Below are positions 1-13,600 of a stretch of DNA of 64,000 nt, piece after piece. The DNA is from Craspedostauros australis. Its lineage: Eukaryota. Location of the stretch: assembly GCA_030167865.1 (NCBI GenBank), contig JALAGF010000236.1, positions 1 through 64,000 on the forward strand, in the 5' to 3' direction. The translations under genes and the position numbers were made by a program. How positions within the stretch are numbered: the stretch's first letter is position 1; each line of letters starts with the position of its first letter. The notes below the pieces were generated by a model. The model was given only the letters and a program-made list of their open reading frames with translations, did no database searches and was not told the origin of the DNA.

Positions 1-232
1 GTCATCAGCAATGAAGGAATCGAGATAAGTTTTAGTAAGGAGGATCTGAAGAGCATATAGTTCCCAGGTGGGGTGTGAGTCAGGTCGGTCAGGTTTGAGT
101 CATGATGGATTCGTGAATGGAGGAGAGAAAGGAGGAGAAAAAGGTTTGGTGGTCAATCAAGTCGGAAGATTTCGCGCCAAAACAGGAATTTCTCCCATCG
201 GGTTGATACCGTGTTCGGTACTAGTCTGTCCC

Positions 233-2764
233 TCATTGAATCTCAACTCCGATCATGAAGTATGTGATCAGGGATTGCATGAGGATTTGGCAAGCCGTGA
301 TGAATGCCTCCACGGTCAAACGTGAGATGAAGTACGAAATCACGGAGTAATGGTTGGTGGAGTACTCTCTCTGTGCATGTGTGGGTGGGTAGGTAGATTG
401 TTGCAGGGTGCATCGCATGCGAGATCGATCAATTGATAAGAGGCGAGCAAAAACGTTGGTGAGTGGATGTAGCAAATGAAATATGAAATAATCGGCTTTC
501 GAATTGAATATATGGTTGGATCATCAGATGGGATCACGGTTGCATCTGCACTTACCAAAAACACTGGGCGTTCCGCAGGGAAGGCCATCAAGGCTGGGGT
601 TCCTGTGTCGAACATGCTGTTGATGAGGACGATGGACAGGGCACCGAAGTGGCTGTTCAGATTCTGTCGTCACCGTTGCGATTTCGTTGTGATTGGATTG
701 TGCTTGGATTCGACAAGTGGAGATGTTGGAAAGGTGGAGCTGCAAGTTAGAATGTGATGTGAATCGAGATGGTGCGGCTCATGCAAGTGATATCATGCTC
801 ACAATGTCACCGGCTCTGAACTGGAATTGACACTTACGTCATTGTTGGAAGAATCAGCCTTGCCCACGTCGAAGAAGATGAGTCCAACAAGAATGCCCAC
901 GAAGGCGGACAGTCCGAAGCGAGTGCACAGGCCTACGATGTCACGTTGCAAGTTCATGGCTTCGCGCTCGAAGAGCAGCTTGATCTGCGTCGCCATGCCG
1001 GGTGTGGAGGGATCGAAATCTTCCGAGTCGTTGTGCTCCGTGAGAGTGATGCCCAATGCATCCTTGGATCCGTTGCTGTCGGTAAATGGTGCTGGCAAGC
1101 TGCGCTGATCCTTGGGGAAGAAGTTGGCCTTGTCCAGATCTTCGATGCTGATACTTTGGGCCACGTTCATGATGTGGTCGGACGGGTTGTACATGGGAGG
1201 GACTGGTTCGCCACGCTGCTCGAAGTACTCGGGGATATCCTCGACGAGTCCCTGGTACATGATACGTCCACGATTCAACAAGATGAGACGGTCGAAGGAG
1301 TTGAAGATCTCACTGGCCGGTTGGTGGATGGTGAAGAGCACAGAGGAACCTGCGTTGGCGACCTTCTTGAGCACCTGGCAAAGCTGAATGGCAGAGAAGC
1401 TGTCCAGACCAGAAGTCGGCTCATCGAGGCAAACGATGGACGGGCGGACAACGAGCTCCACTCCGACTGTTAAATCGTCGAACATTCCCATCATTCAGAT
1501 TGTTCCGTTTGGTAGTGCAGAGTGACATGTGAAAGAAGTATCCGCAAGGCAAAGAGAAGCGCACGAATGTACGAATAAGTGAGTTGCGTGTTGGAACCAA
1601 TCTGTGCATGTAGCAAACTCATGTGGCAGTGCGGGTCGTCCGTGCCGCTTGATTGATTGATTGATTGATAGCTCAACTGGGTGTCGTTCAACATCATGCT
1701 CCGCATTTAGTGCCATCCACATGTCCAAATCCATGCACTTACCCGAGGTTCTCTTTCGTTCACCGCCGGAGATGCCCTTGATCAAAGCCCCGCCGACGAT
1801 GGTGTCGGCGCAAAGGGTCAAACCTGAAGTGAGTGTAGGAGAGTCGACCAAGGTGGTTGGCAACGAATCGTCCATAATTTAGTGTGTCGAAATCAACAAT
1901 GTATCAAGAGTACGTGTGAGAATGAAGCATCGCATCGCATCGCATCGCATCGCAATGAAGCAGGAGCGCGCCGACAGAGTAACGCAATGGTTGCTTCGTG
2001 CAATTGCAGCCAAAAGGACTCACCCAATTCGTCGAGCATCTTGCTCACGAGCTTCTCCAAAGTCGCTTCCGGTGTCGATTTGGGCAGACGGAGTTTGGCG
2101 GAAAAGTAGATCGCTTCGCGAGGAGTGGAAGTGACCTGGAGAGAATCATCCTGCGCCACGAATGCAATCTGCTTGCGGACCTTGATGTTGGTCGGATCGA
2201 CGGTGTAGTTGTTGAAACGAATGTCGGATTCGATGTGGAGACGCCCGTTGGAGGATGCGCGCCCAGCAAGGATGTTGAGGAGCGACGTCTTGCCGGCACC
2301 TGATGGTCCCATGATGGCAGTGGTCTGCTTTTGTGGGACTTCACCCCAAACTGAGTCGAGGAGCTTGCGCTCTGGCTCGTCGCCTTTGGCTTTCTGCCAT
2401 TTGGAATGATGGTTATTTCATTTGAGAATATTGACGTGACGTGAAAGCTCGAAGCAACAACCGTTGGTTGATGCAACAAGTGGAATGGTCGATTGTTTGT
2501 GAGAATGGATTCGCAATGTGCTCATGGAAAAGGAGCTGTTGCACTTCCGAGACAATACAACGTCATGTGAGAGGAGTCCCTCCAGCAGAGACGATGGCTT
2601 ACCAAGACCATGTTGATGTCCTTCCAAAGAAGCGTCTTGCCCTCGCGGGGAGCAAACGGATCGGCGCTGGCTGCGAGCTCGCCGCCCTTGCGAGACGTGG
2701 TCCCGAGGGTTTCGGCGTCGATTTCCTTGGACTTGTTGGTGGCTTGGTGTTCGTTGGACGTCAT
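233..2764 (-). CDS. ABCG (White-family) half-size ABC transporter, multi-exon, 3' end unresolved
   Basis: Walker A GPSGAGKT, signature ISGGERKR, Walker B CLDEPTSGLD, H-loop TIHQP and TMD motif PAERPVFLREY. Inferred exons 2764-2603, 2393-2024, 1823-1743, 1466-838, 663-556 and 370-~248, with GTAAG/GTGAG donors and AG acceptors that keep frame. The frame stops at 233, part-way through the TMD. Confidence 0.9.
1927..1951. repeat. (GCATC)5 microsatellite in an ABCG intron
   Basis: Read directly from the sequence. Confidence 0.9.
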
Positions 2765-4265
2765 GATGAGATGAGTGAAGGCTTGGATGCTTGGTCGATT
2801 TGTTTTGCGTTGGCTTGCTGTTTCAGTTTCTGTATTTTCAACTTTGTGAGAGGAGTGAGACAAGTTCTTGAAATCGTCTATTATACGTTGCGACCTATCG
2901 TTGATGAAATGCAATACGAGTTCTCTACTCTACTCTACTCTACTGGAAGAAGCGTCCCAAAGCCAGGACCATGCTCGTACCACACGAATACCGACAGATA
3001 CGCAGAGTACTCTGATTTCAATGTGACGAATGATCATAATGAAGCACAGATAGAACAGAGAGTAGATCGTAGCGAAGTGAAGTCTCGCCTTACATCCCTG
3101 AGATTGCGTCGCAGGACAGGAAAGCGTTTGCGTCGGCGGGAACATTCTTGAACATTCCAGTTGCCTGCGCGTACGAGATGTTGGTCATCTCCAACCGCCC
3201 ACTAAGCGATCGTGGCTGGGTGGAGGCGGAAGCGGAATTATGTGCTCGTGTTGTTCCCGCATTGCGTGGTTCGAAAACTGCTCTCACATTGGACCATAAG
3301 AAGCCGCCTCCTACTTTTCATCTTCTGGCGCATCAACGTTGACTGGCAATCACACACAATGGCTAGAGGTCGTTGACGTGCGCATACGATACCAACCAAA
3401 TCTTCTCTTCGTGGGTAAGCTATACCGCCCACAAAAAGACTCAGTCAATGGTGAAGCTCCAAGAATGGCATGGTGCGTATGTGCGTGGGCGAAGCACAGG
3501 TATCGTGATCAGTTCAGGTGTTGATGGCTTATGGCTGATTTCTGATGGATCTACTGACGACAGCATACTCTACGACTGTGACCCATCGCTTACCAACAGA
3601 AGAACCTGCAGATCACCCCATGCGTCGTTGCGCAGGTGTTCCATGAACTTCCGTGTTGTTGTTGGGTCCTTGGTTGGTTCGTTCTGTGTCCTGCGTGATG
3701 CCGCGTCTACGCCATGTCCAACTCAGACGGACGTGCAGCCTGACATGAAGACAGACAGTCACGAAAATAGAAAGACTGACATATAATTCTCTCTGGAACA
3801 CAAACAAACAAACAATCACTGTCGCATCCACATTCAAACAGACACAAGTTGGAGAGCACGACAGTGATCGTTCCGGAAAACGGCGATGAATTGCTGACCT
3901 TCGCGCCATGAAAGGCGTCGAATTGATTTACACATTGCATTACTGCTGCATCTAAACATATATAAATGTCGCATGTTGAAAGAGAGTACTTGATTCTGGC
4001 TATTCGATGCCTCGCACAATTCTGCATCTTCAGCGAGTTCGGGCTGTGCCCACAACTTCCTTCCCATCGCACACTTGTGCCGCGGTCCTTTGTGGTCAGT
4101 ATTGGAGCTGCAGTTGTCGGGTGGCACTTAGCTGACGTGACGAGCAGGAATAGTATTGAGCAGAGTGGTGATGAAACGACGTGGATGCATCCGGGCGTAT
4201 TCCCGTTCGCTCACGAACTGCGGCGCACACACTGCGACGCGGATATGCACACACACGTATGCGGT

Positions 4266-5216
4266 CTATTCGATGACTTCGACGGCCTCAATGACGCGGC
4301 CGCCTTCCTTGCTGGACTGCATGAAGCGTCGTCGCAATGCCTCCTCGTGTGCTGCCTGCTCCTTGCGCTTCTCTTCGTAACGCTTCTTCTGGAGCTCACG
4401 GTACACTTCGTCGTCTTCCTCCGTGGCGTCGCCAAACACGAGGCCGACCCCGCACCAGTTGAACAGGGATGGCGCGTCCTCCGACACTTGAGTCTTGGTG
4501 CCGTACGCGAATCGTGATGCCGCCTTTCTTCGTCGACGTCTGTTGCGGATGGCGGAGGTGGACTTGCCGGACTCTTCCAGGGTTTTCATGACCTTGAAAC
4601 GGCGGTAGTTGGCTTGCACTTTGGTTGCGGCGCTTGTTTCCTGCGATCGATCCGAGTCGAGGAATGACCGATGGTGGTTGCGTGTTGCAGAACCAGAGGG
4701 GAGGGGTCCATGTTAGTTGCGCTGTGTGAAGGGAATGGGCAGGAGGCAGAAGTCCTTTCAAGGTCGCACTCATGAAAACGTCAGCGATATCAAAGCACAA
4801 CAAAACAACACACATCTCGAACTTACAACATCGATCCAGTCGAAGCGTGTGGGTCCGGAGAATGCAGCCTCGCGTGCGGAAGGTGGAGCAGAAGCATCAA
4901 CGTTCATCTGCTGGGGGGATGTGGGAGACTGGTGCGTCTGCTGCGCCGGCTGTTCTTCGACAGCTTGCTTCTCTGCCTCCGCCCTGCGTTGCATTTCGTC
5001 ACCAGCAGCATCCGGGGTCTGGTCTCTCCCCTTCGAGTTGGCGGATGATGCTGGAGAAGACGAGGCAATATCACGCTGATCCATCGGTGGAGGCGTCGCA
5101 CGGCCCGACTCCTCTTGTGGCGTCTGGATCATGACCCTTTTCTTCTGGCTTGTCTTCTTGGACTTGCGGAACATGCCGAAGAATCCCTTCTTCTTCGTTG
5201 CGGTGGAATTGCTCAT
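4266..5216 (-). CDS. Hypothetical protein with IQ-like motif, 2 exons
   Basis: Exons 5216-4827 and 4640-4266 join via GTAAG...CAG to give ...PTRFDWIDV|ETSAATKVQANYRRFKV (IQxxxR-like) and a charged helical C-terminus. Start codon uncertain. Confidence 0.7.
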
Positions 5217-5268
5217 GGTTGCTTTTGATCGACTAGGACTGGCCTTCACTTGTCCTGCTGTTGCTGTC

Positions 5269-5310
5269 GTTGGCGTTGGCGTTGGCGTTGGCGTTGGCGT
5301 TGGCGTTGGC
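5269..5310. repeat. (GTTGGC)7 hexanucleotide repeat
   Basis: Seven perfect units, upstream of the IQ-like gene. Confidence 0.9.
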
Positions 5311-6031
5311 CTTGTTCTTCTTGTATGTCACAAAGGCGAGTTGCTCTGATGTCCGAGTGCAGTATCGTGGTCTACCCGGTTGAATGTGTGAATGGTTGAC
5401 TGGATGATTTGGCAGTGTGGAGGACAGCGAGGTGAAAGTGTGGCGACTGTCGTTGTGTCGATAACGACACTGTCGGCGATCAGTGGTTCTGTTCAGCCTC
5501 TTTCTCGAAAGGTGTGGGGTCGGAGGGTGCTTCGCTTTGAGGTATGATCATAGCTGTTGTCACCCAACCCGTACTGTACGTGCGATGTTGACTCTTTCCC
5601 ACCACCTTCTCCATCATCCTCATGATCTCCATGATGATCAATGCGTTGTTTGTGTGGGCGAGTTCTCTCGTTGTTATCAGGATTTGGGTTTTGGCGAGGC
5701 ACAAATTGCCCAAAAGATGACATGTGGCTTGACCGTTGGAAATTTGATTAACAAGAGTGAAGGCCGGTGCGCGCTCGGTGGCAGTCTCACACATGCAACT
5801 CCACATAGAAGGATCATGCACGAATGAAACTCCAACAACTTCCAACCAATGATGAATGTTGTCTTCAAACGTGACAACTGCAGCGAACTTTTTCTGTTGA
5901 CGGAGATGTCAGTCCCGTATCGTGTGCCCACTGTCACAAATCGTGTTTCCAAAATGGAATGAGAGGACCAACCGTGTCGCGTCCACCGACTCAATTTTTG
6001 CGCCTCTCTTTCTGTATCACTGTCAAGATCG

Positions 6032-6079
6032 TCATCATCATCATCATCATCATCGACATCAACATCATCATCGACATCA
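6032..6079. repeat. Imperfect (TCA)n microsatellite
   Basis: Read directly from the sequence, upstream of Tad3. Confidence 0.8.
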
Positions 6080-6185
6080 AAAAGATCTTGCCCAATCTGG
6101 TGCGAACAGAGCGTCTCACTCTCTGCGTGTAGCTCATGCACCAAGCGCTCATGCGTAGCTCGTACTCCCCCTCGTGGTCCGTCCG

Positions 6186-7571
6186 ATGATGACTCTGAAT
6201 TCCGCCGATGACATTCGAATAGGCTTGGAGCACTTCGAAGAGATCCGCACGCAAGATGCACCAGAACGAGAACAAACCAAGTGGACGCAGGCATTGGTTG
6301 TCAGCATCGACCCGCGACAGTGCAGCAAGGTCGTCAAGTTGCTGTCCAAGCCATTGCCGCTGGATTACAAATGCGGAAATGAGGAAGGAATGATGGATCT
6401 GTCACATCTCAAGCGGGTGCGCAAGCCGAACTACTCTACGACGGCGAAGAAGAAGAAGAAGAAGAAGCGAGGCAGTGGCAAGGATGGTAAACTTGTTTCT
6501 GCTCCAATCATCGCTGCTACTGCTGCTGCTGCTGTTACTGCTGCTACCGATGATGCCATTGAAGAGAGGCCCGTCACCATAGATGCCAAGGAACCAGCAA
6601 CGGCCATGGCTGCAGTCCCAACCTCTGCGACCTTGAGACACGATGAACCCAAACCCAAGAGGCCCAAGCTACAGTCGCAGCTGCAGATCTTGATCTGTGC
6701 CCAATCCACACAGCGGATCATCAACGCAGCGGTTGGAGATGACAGCAGCGAACCAGACAGCGACGACATTCAGAGCCCGATCGCCGTCAAGAGTCTGCTG
6801 GAAATGCTGCAGAAGGAGCACGGCGAATTCGAGGTTGCCACAGTGCCGGGCCGACCGCCGCAGTCTCAGCAGGAGTTCGAAGAATTCAACGCCGCTTGGC
6901 CAACGTCATACTATCCGTTGCAATCTGTCGAGCACAGGGAAAAGCAGCTCCAGCTAACGCAGGACGATCTCACGACGATGCGACACGGCGTTTCGAAAGT
7001 CATGGAGCGGCTGGCATCATCGCGCGGTGCACCCTGCGCCGTCGTCATCGACCCGAACTCGAATCATATCGTGGCATCGTCTTGGGACGAAGCAACCAGG
7101 CAAGGGGACATCACGACGCTAAATCCATTGGCGACGCCCATCCTGATGGCATTGCAAGGTGTCAGCAGAGCGGAACGCGATGCGACCGCAAGGCATCGGA
7201 CCGATCTGCAACTTGGAAATCCACCACTCGCGACATCCGCAGTATCCGCCGATCCGCGGTATCTGTGCAATGGATATGACTTGTGCACGAGCTACGAACC
7301 AGCAGTCTTCGAAGCGATGTCGTGCGTTCATTTTCGGTTACGCCGCATGATATTCATCGAGAATGGCAGGATGCCAAGACGTTTCGCGTGGGGCCAAGGA
7401 TGCTCCAAACATTCCGTGCACTGTTTGCCTGGGACGAACCATTCATACCGTGTGTTCCGATTCGCCAATCCCACAGCGTGCGCCAACAGCGACGAAGATA
7501 GTGGTGGCGGCAGCAGCGACGTTGCCGGCCAACACCATCGACAAGCAACGGCACAAGCCTCAGCGCAGTAA
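6186..7571 (+). CDS. TAD3: tRNA adenosine-34 deaminase non-catalytic subunit Tad3/ADAT3
   Basis: Tad3 motifs LSHLKRVRK, WPTSY, YLCNGYD, EP...AM..VH.R..R and LPGTNHSYRVF; single exon. Confidence 0.85.
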   Translation: MMTLNSADDIRIGLEHFEEIRTQDAPEREQTKWTQALVVSIDPRQCSKVVKLLSKPLPLDYKCGNEEGMMDLSHLKRVRKPNYSTTAKKKKKKKRGSGKDGKLVSAPIIAATAAAAVTAATDDAIEERPVTIDAKEPATAMAAVPTSATLRHDEPKPKRPKLQSQLQILICAQSTQRIINAAVGDDSSEPDSDDIQSPIAVKSLLEMLQKEHGEFEVATVPGRPPQSQQEFEEFNAAWPTSYYPLQSVEHREKQLQLTQDDLTTMRHGVSKVMERLASSRGAPCAVVIDPNSNHIVASSWDEATRQGDITTLNPLATPILMALQGVSRAERDATARHRTDLQLGNPPLATSAVSADPRYLCNGYDLCTSYEPAVFEAMSCVHFRLRRMIFIENGRMPRRFAWGQGCSKHSVHCLPGTNHSYRVFRFANPTACANSDEDSGGGSSDVAGQHHRQATAQASAQ

Positions 7572-7667
7572 AGCAATATCGAGTAAAGTAAGCATGGTGC
7601 ACATTTTTGTACGATACTCGGCTGTGCTATACTATGCTGTATTCTGCGTTAGAGCACTCTGGTCCGG

Positions 7668-10600
7668 TTAGAACTGCGCCAATCTTTCTTCCCGTCTCGT
7701 TGATCTCGATGACTTGTACGATTTGGTTGACCGTGCGGCATCAGATCCGCGAGAAACAGCAGAACCGCTGCCGAGGCTGCCGGTCGGGGAATCTGGGATC
7801 CTTGCCTCGATGGATCGGGCAGTCATCGGACCGCTTGTCGTTACACCTCCGCCGGATTCATGGGATCGGAATGTCCGCAGTGATTGCTGGTACTCCTTGT
7901 CGCCATCAACCGGGATGGGGTTGTTTTCGCTCGGGAAGAAACACAATTCCTCGGCGATGGCTGCTCACACAAATGGTGCCAGATTTGGATTTTGATCCAA
8001 TGCATCCACGTGCACGACAAAGTTGAAGTACGCAAAAATATAGTGCAGTAGAGTACAATAGAGTACAGTGGAGTAGTCAATTGAAGACAAGGTGAGAGCG
8101 ATACATGGTGGTGCACCCGACGTACCATTGCATCGTCAAAAGTCATCCAAACCAAACACAATACACTGCGATAACATGCACAACATTATTCGCAATATCA
8201 TACGCAATGCCAAGGCGTCATACACCACACAAAATACACCACACCGAGCCAACTTACGAATCTTCGTCTGCCGGTACGTGTAGGACGAAAAGTAGTTGTC
8301 GAGGCTGCATTGCTTCAGCCACCTCGGTGTCTCCGACGGTCCCATGATGCCGAGGATCATCGGGTACAGGGCCTTGCAGAGGGAGATGAATGATCGTTGC
8401 AATTCGCTTTGAAGCCGGATCGCAGCATCCGTGCGGTCCTTGTCCGTTCCCGTTGATTCAGCAACAGAATGGCTTTCCTCGTTCGTCGCCACATGAGTAG
8501 CGCTGTGAGAAATCGTGTCATCGGACGGTCTCCCACTCTCGCTCTGGATCTGCGCCATGTCGACGGTGCCGAAGCTTCGTGCACGCGATCGGTATCTGCG
8601 ATGACTGGGGACGTCAGGAGGTCTGCTGCTCGAGGTCTCTGGCCTCGAAACCGATCGTTTCAGCGACTTGTGAATCGAAGCAGCCCCGTCGCTCTTCTTC
8701 CGGGTTTGTATCACATCAAGAAGCATGTCGCGATTCCTAGCGATCAAAAGATGCAGCAACTCCACGAATACCACCATGGACCTTGCGAGCTTCAGCTGGA
8801 ACCTCTTCACTTCGTCGTCGCTTAATCGTTCGAGCAGCTGGATTCCATCGTCATCCTCTTCCGTAACGTTGGTGGCCTTCGTCAGAAGCATCGCCCCAAT
8901 CTCCGTCATGCGGCTGGAGTGTAGACAATCCGCCACGACCCTCGCCACATCCGTTCCAATCCCTGGATCATGCTTGGCAGCTGCGCGTGATATACGAGTA
9001 TGGCACAAGTCCGTATGGTAAAAGCAAGCATGAGTAAGTGGATCAATCCAAGGAGTCCCGCAATACACCATGGACGCACAAGTATAAGCAGCAGTGTCAC
9101 AAGCACGTGCATTCCACGGTTACGAAGGCGACGTCGAAGCATTCGTCGAGAGGTGTATTGGGAATGAATAAGAGCATCGGAAGAGCATGCGGACAGGAAG
9201 ATGCAACGTCAAAGAGTGAGAGACGTGTAAAGAAACCAAATGTCAACTATCGCAAGACCAAGCTGCGGCAACATCGCACATGCTCATAACCGTGCACGTG
9301 CCCATGTACATGCCTACACCCGCACCTGCGTCGTAGTCGTCGTCGTCTTCTCAACAACTTACCCAACACGGCTTGCCCATTCGTCGCAATGATTGTTCGG
9401 AAAAGTATGGTGCACCACTGGCACACCGAGTCAATCCCAGCCTCCAACGGGCTTTGAATGCGGACGACGCGGTCGATGACTGCTTGGCGTGCAACGCAAG
9501 CGGGAAACGTTTGTCCAACCTGGAGCTGCGTGACACGCAGTGACTTCTCGGCATAATCACCGCTCGACCCTCTCAGCCAGTCCCGAGAGCCACGGGAACG
9601 ATCCTTGTTGATGAGCTGCGAAAAGGTGAACTTATCAGCCCCCACGAGCTCATCGCCAACGATCGAACCAGAGTGCAAACGACGGCTGGTGTTGCCGCTT
9701 CTTGACGCCGTTGCACTGGCCAGGACTCCAGACCCGCCGCCAGATGAGTTACCGCTGGAGAAGACAGACGCGCTGTACGTTCTCGTGTGGTGACGGTAGT
9801 CCTGCCCTCGACTGCGTCGTGAATCTTCCTGAGATCCTGAATGCTGCCTCCGCAAACGATCACCGAACGATTCGAAGCCATGGTTTCCCGCGTTGGCAGA
9901 CGCAAATGCGCTGTCCACGTAGTTGTTGAACCATTCCGGCATTCCGCGGATGCGAGTCGCATTGACGACCAACGGACGGAGGGGCGTGACCTTGATGCGG
10001 ACTGGTTCCAGTGTCGCGCCAGGTGCCATCCGGTTCATTCCGGCCAGGTTCGCGTTGGTGCCTTCGTCGGGCCGCCCGTCAAGCGAGAGATGGATGGGAG
10101 TCTTGTCCGGGATGATGCATCGGACGATCTCTCTCAATTCATCCCCAAATTGGTCAAGCTTCACCTTGCTTGCTGTGCGGTACACGAACTCGGTACTGAT
10201 CAATTCATCGGGCGCGCCGCCATGAAACCAAACTCGGTAAAACCTGCCGAGCGGCACCGTCAGGCAGATTTCTTGCTGCATGCTGGAATCGATCGGTGGC
10301 ACTTGTGACACCACCGTCTGTGCCAGGCGTTCGTAAACATGGGCTAACTTCCAGTAGTTGAACTTCTCCGCATAGTGCTGCGTCGCCAACGTCCAAAGGT
10401 ACCTGCTGCTTTCGACGACCCCTGCCTTGAGGAAGAGATCTCCAGCGGCCTCGGCTTCTTCGAGCATGGTCGCCGCCATCTCGCGGACCTTGATCCATGG
10501 CGACACCGTGTGGTACTCAGACGGAAGCGTCACGCCGAAAAACAAATTCTTGTTGGAGCCATTCTCCCACGTGCCACCGTTGCGTCCGATGGAGTTGGCG

Positions 10601-13600
10601 ACTCTGTAAAAGATGCGCCGGAAGGAGTTGCTCTGATCGATTTGGCTGCCGTATCTCGATTCTGACAGATCGTTGACGCTGCTGGGGTACTCGCTGGCAT
10701 CGTCCGCTGGTCCTTCGCTGTCGATTTGAATCCCATCAGAACTGCTCTCCGTCCATGGCAGGAACGGCGTGCTTGACCAGAGTGCACCATGGAGCGCGGA
10801 CGCCTGCTTCAAAGTGAGGTAGATGTGGAAGTGACATGTTGCCTCCTCCGCGTACTTGATCCTCGAAGCATGGAATTCTGCCAGTTTTCTGAGCCACGCC
10901 ATGCGATGGTTCGGGAGCTCCGTGGGTGAAAACACGTCCGCCGCATCCAGGAACGCATCCTCGATGGCCTCGTAATGAGCCACGCGGATATGCTCCAGAG
11001 ACGTACTGTAGAATCCGAGAAACTGCTTGCTGTACCCAGCTGATGCATTGATGACTCTGTGAATGCTGATACGATTTGCGTGAGCGAAGGCTTGCGCCAT
11101 GACGTGCGACTTGCGATCCATCCCATCGGCGTCGACCACTTCCTGTTCGTTGTCTTCGATCGGCGCCCTTGACTTTGTGAGGAACCAAAGAGCGTGCGCG
11201 GCGATGTAGGCACGGAACAGCTTCTTCATCTTTTCGGCCAGCCTGATCAGAGCGCTTCGAAATGCAACATTTTGACTCGCGGATTGCTGGTGCAGCCTGT
11301 CAAAGGTACGCCACAACGGGGCCAGGCTTGCTTCCGCGCTCCCCGTGGAGAAGATCTCGACTTTGGATCCGAGACGGCGTTGATCTCTGTAGTGCCGGCT
11401 CGCTGACGTTGCCACGATGCGCTGCATGACTTCGATTTGAACGGCAAGCAGCGGCAGCCGGATCCTGAAGAAGCTCCCGAAGCTATCCCACGTGCTTCTG
11501 AGGATGAGTTCCAGACAATCAGCAGCGGGGACGCGCACCTCTGCTCGACGGGCTCCGCAGTGGAACGTGATGAGCCTCATCCAATGCTGCAACGTTTCTC
11601 CCACGGCCTCGTTGAAGATCTTGATCCCGAAGATCTTGATGACCTCCACGGCGGCGTTGAGAGATCTTATGAGCACGATGTCGCTCACGCGCAACGCGAG
11701 CGCCTGGAGGTAAACAGATGTCGCTGCTCGGACAAAGATCACGGTGTCGTCATATGTGAATCGGATCGAGTTCAATCCGTTCGTTGCGCTCGCTGTCGAG
11801 GCGTAGCTGGCCTGGCTCTGGTGGCGCTTGCTGGCACGTGCCTTGCGTCTGGCTGGATTGAAGATGAACTGGCCCTCCTCGGACGGCTCCAGCACATATC
11901 GAAGTTCTCTGACGATATGTTGGACCGTGTTGACGACGATTAGATTGCCATCGTGGGCGTGCCATTTCCTGGACGACGAAGACGCGTAGTCATCGTCCTG
12001 CTGAGTGGGCTGATCACCGTCCATCGAAATTCGATACGATGACAGCATCTTCCTCCTTCGCAGGATGTCCGTCGTTTCATGTTCACGTGACATGATGAAC
12101 TCGATGCGCCAAAGAGAGAGCATGTTGTTGTCGGACATGTCGCTGCTGTGCTCCACGCTCGAATCGCTGCCTTCGTACTCGAATGTCCCGAGCGCCAAGT
12201 TCAACAAGCAGAACATGTCGAAGATATCCGAGGAGGACTTTGAATCCGACGTGCGTCTGCCCGGGACCTTGCTGTCGCGGTATCCTGCGTCATCGATCGG
12301 GTCGCCGAACGAAGCCCTGCCAGAAGTGCCGTACTTTTCCTGCAGCCCCTTGGATGTGCCGTGCGAAAAGAGCTTGCGCCATAGTGCACGGAGCAGACCC
12401 TTGGGGGAGCTCTGCAAGATGAACAGAACGCATGGCATGATATCTTTTCGTAGTTGGTTCTTCGGCGGGAAATTGGAAAGGTAGTGCACCCTCACAAGGA
12501 CTTTCTCGATGAATGTGATGTGCAGGCTCGCCACCACGGATGCGTTGCCCTTCCGCATGTACTGAAGACACTGCGTCCAGAACATTTCGTGCAACAGCGA
12601 GGTTGCTCTCTGCCGGATGTCCTGCTCTGCGTGCTCGGCACCGAGCAGACAGACGTCGGCAACCAGCTCGGCCAGCCAATGTGGCCTCATCGTTGGTATC
12701 TCGCTCGTCGCGTGCCGCTGAGACCCCCTGTCGCTAGGAATGTAGTCAGGCAGCGCGTACGTTTCGAACTGCTCGAGCACTTGGTCGAAAAAGCGTGTTG
12801 TGGAACGCAGCGAGTCTTCTGTTGACAAGTCTCCCCAGCTCATCATCTGCGGTGAATTCACCTTGACGAAGTCCGGGAAGCGCACGAGAGCTGTGATTGC
12901 ATCCATCTGCAACCTCGTAATCTCCCACGAACACCGAGATCCGATCAACGAATCTCTGTCCATTCCATTCGCGCGGTCCTTCGTGACGAACCGAGACATG
13001 TACGTCAGCACAAGTCGGTAGGCGCTCTGCGGCTCCAAGAACGCAAACATATCGCGCAGGAACCAGATCATGCAGTTATTCACGTCTCTGCAGGTATCGC
13101 GGGTTTCGCGAAAGTCGAAATTACGACTGTCAAGGCAAGAATCGGTGACCATGGATATGATTTGTTCGAGGCTCGCCATCATCACAGAATCCAACGTAAC
13201 CAGCGGGGTGGATTGGCTGGACATGTCCTCACGCTCCATGGCATGGATCCTCCAACCGATACTTTGCTTGATGATTTCGAAAAGGACGGGCGCACAGGCA
13301 ACGCTCACCCCGACGCTCCTTGCGGCCGCCTCCGCAATGATCGTTGATCGACTCTCAGGTCCGGACGTGTACTCTCCAGAGTCATTCACTGTCTTCCTCG
13401 CAGATTCCTGCTCGCGAAGCACCGCGTTCCATTGCATGATGATGACTTCGTACATGTACGGGAACCACCGGCCTTCACCGTCACGAGACTGACCTAATGC
13501 GATCAACCGATCGACGTAGTTTGGCAGCATGCTTGAAGCTTCCTTCTCTTTGGCCAAGAACACCATGTCCTCATCCAATTCCTTTGGTGGGTCGTTGGAG

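Noticed and set aside
5677-6294. 205-aa minus-strand ORF with a poly-Asp run
   Set aside because: The acidic run comes from a (TCA)n microsatellite, and the ORF overlaps the start of Tad3.
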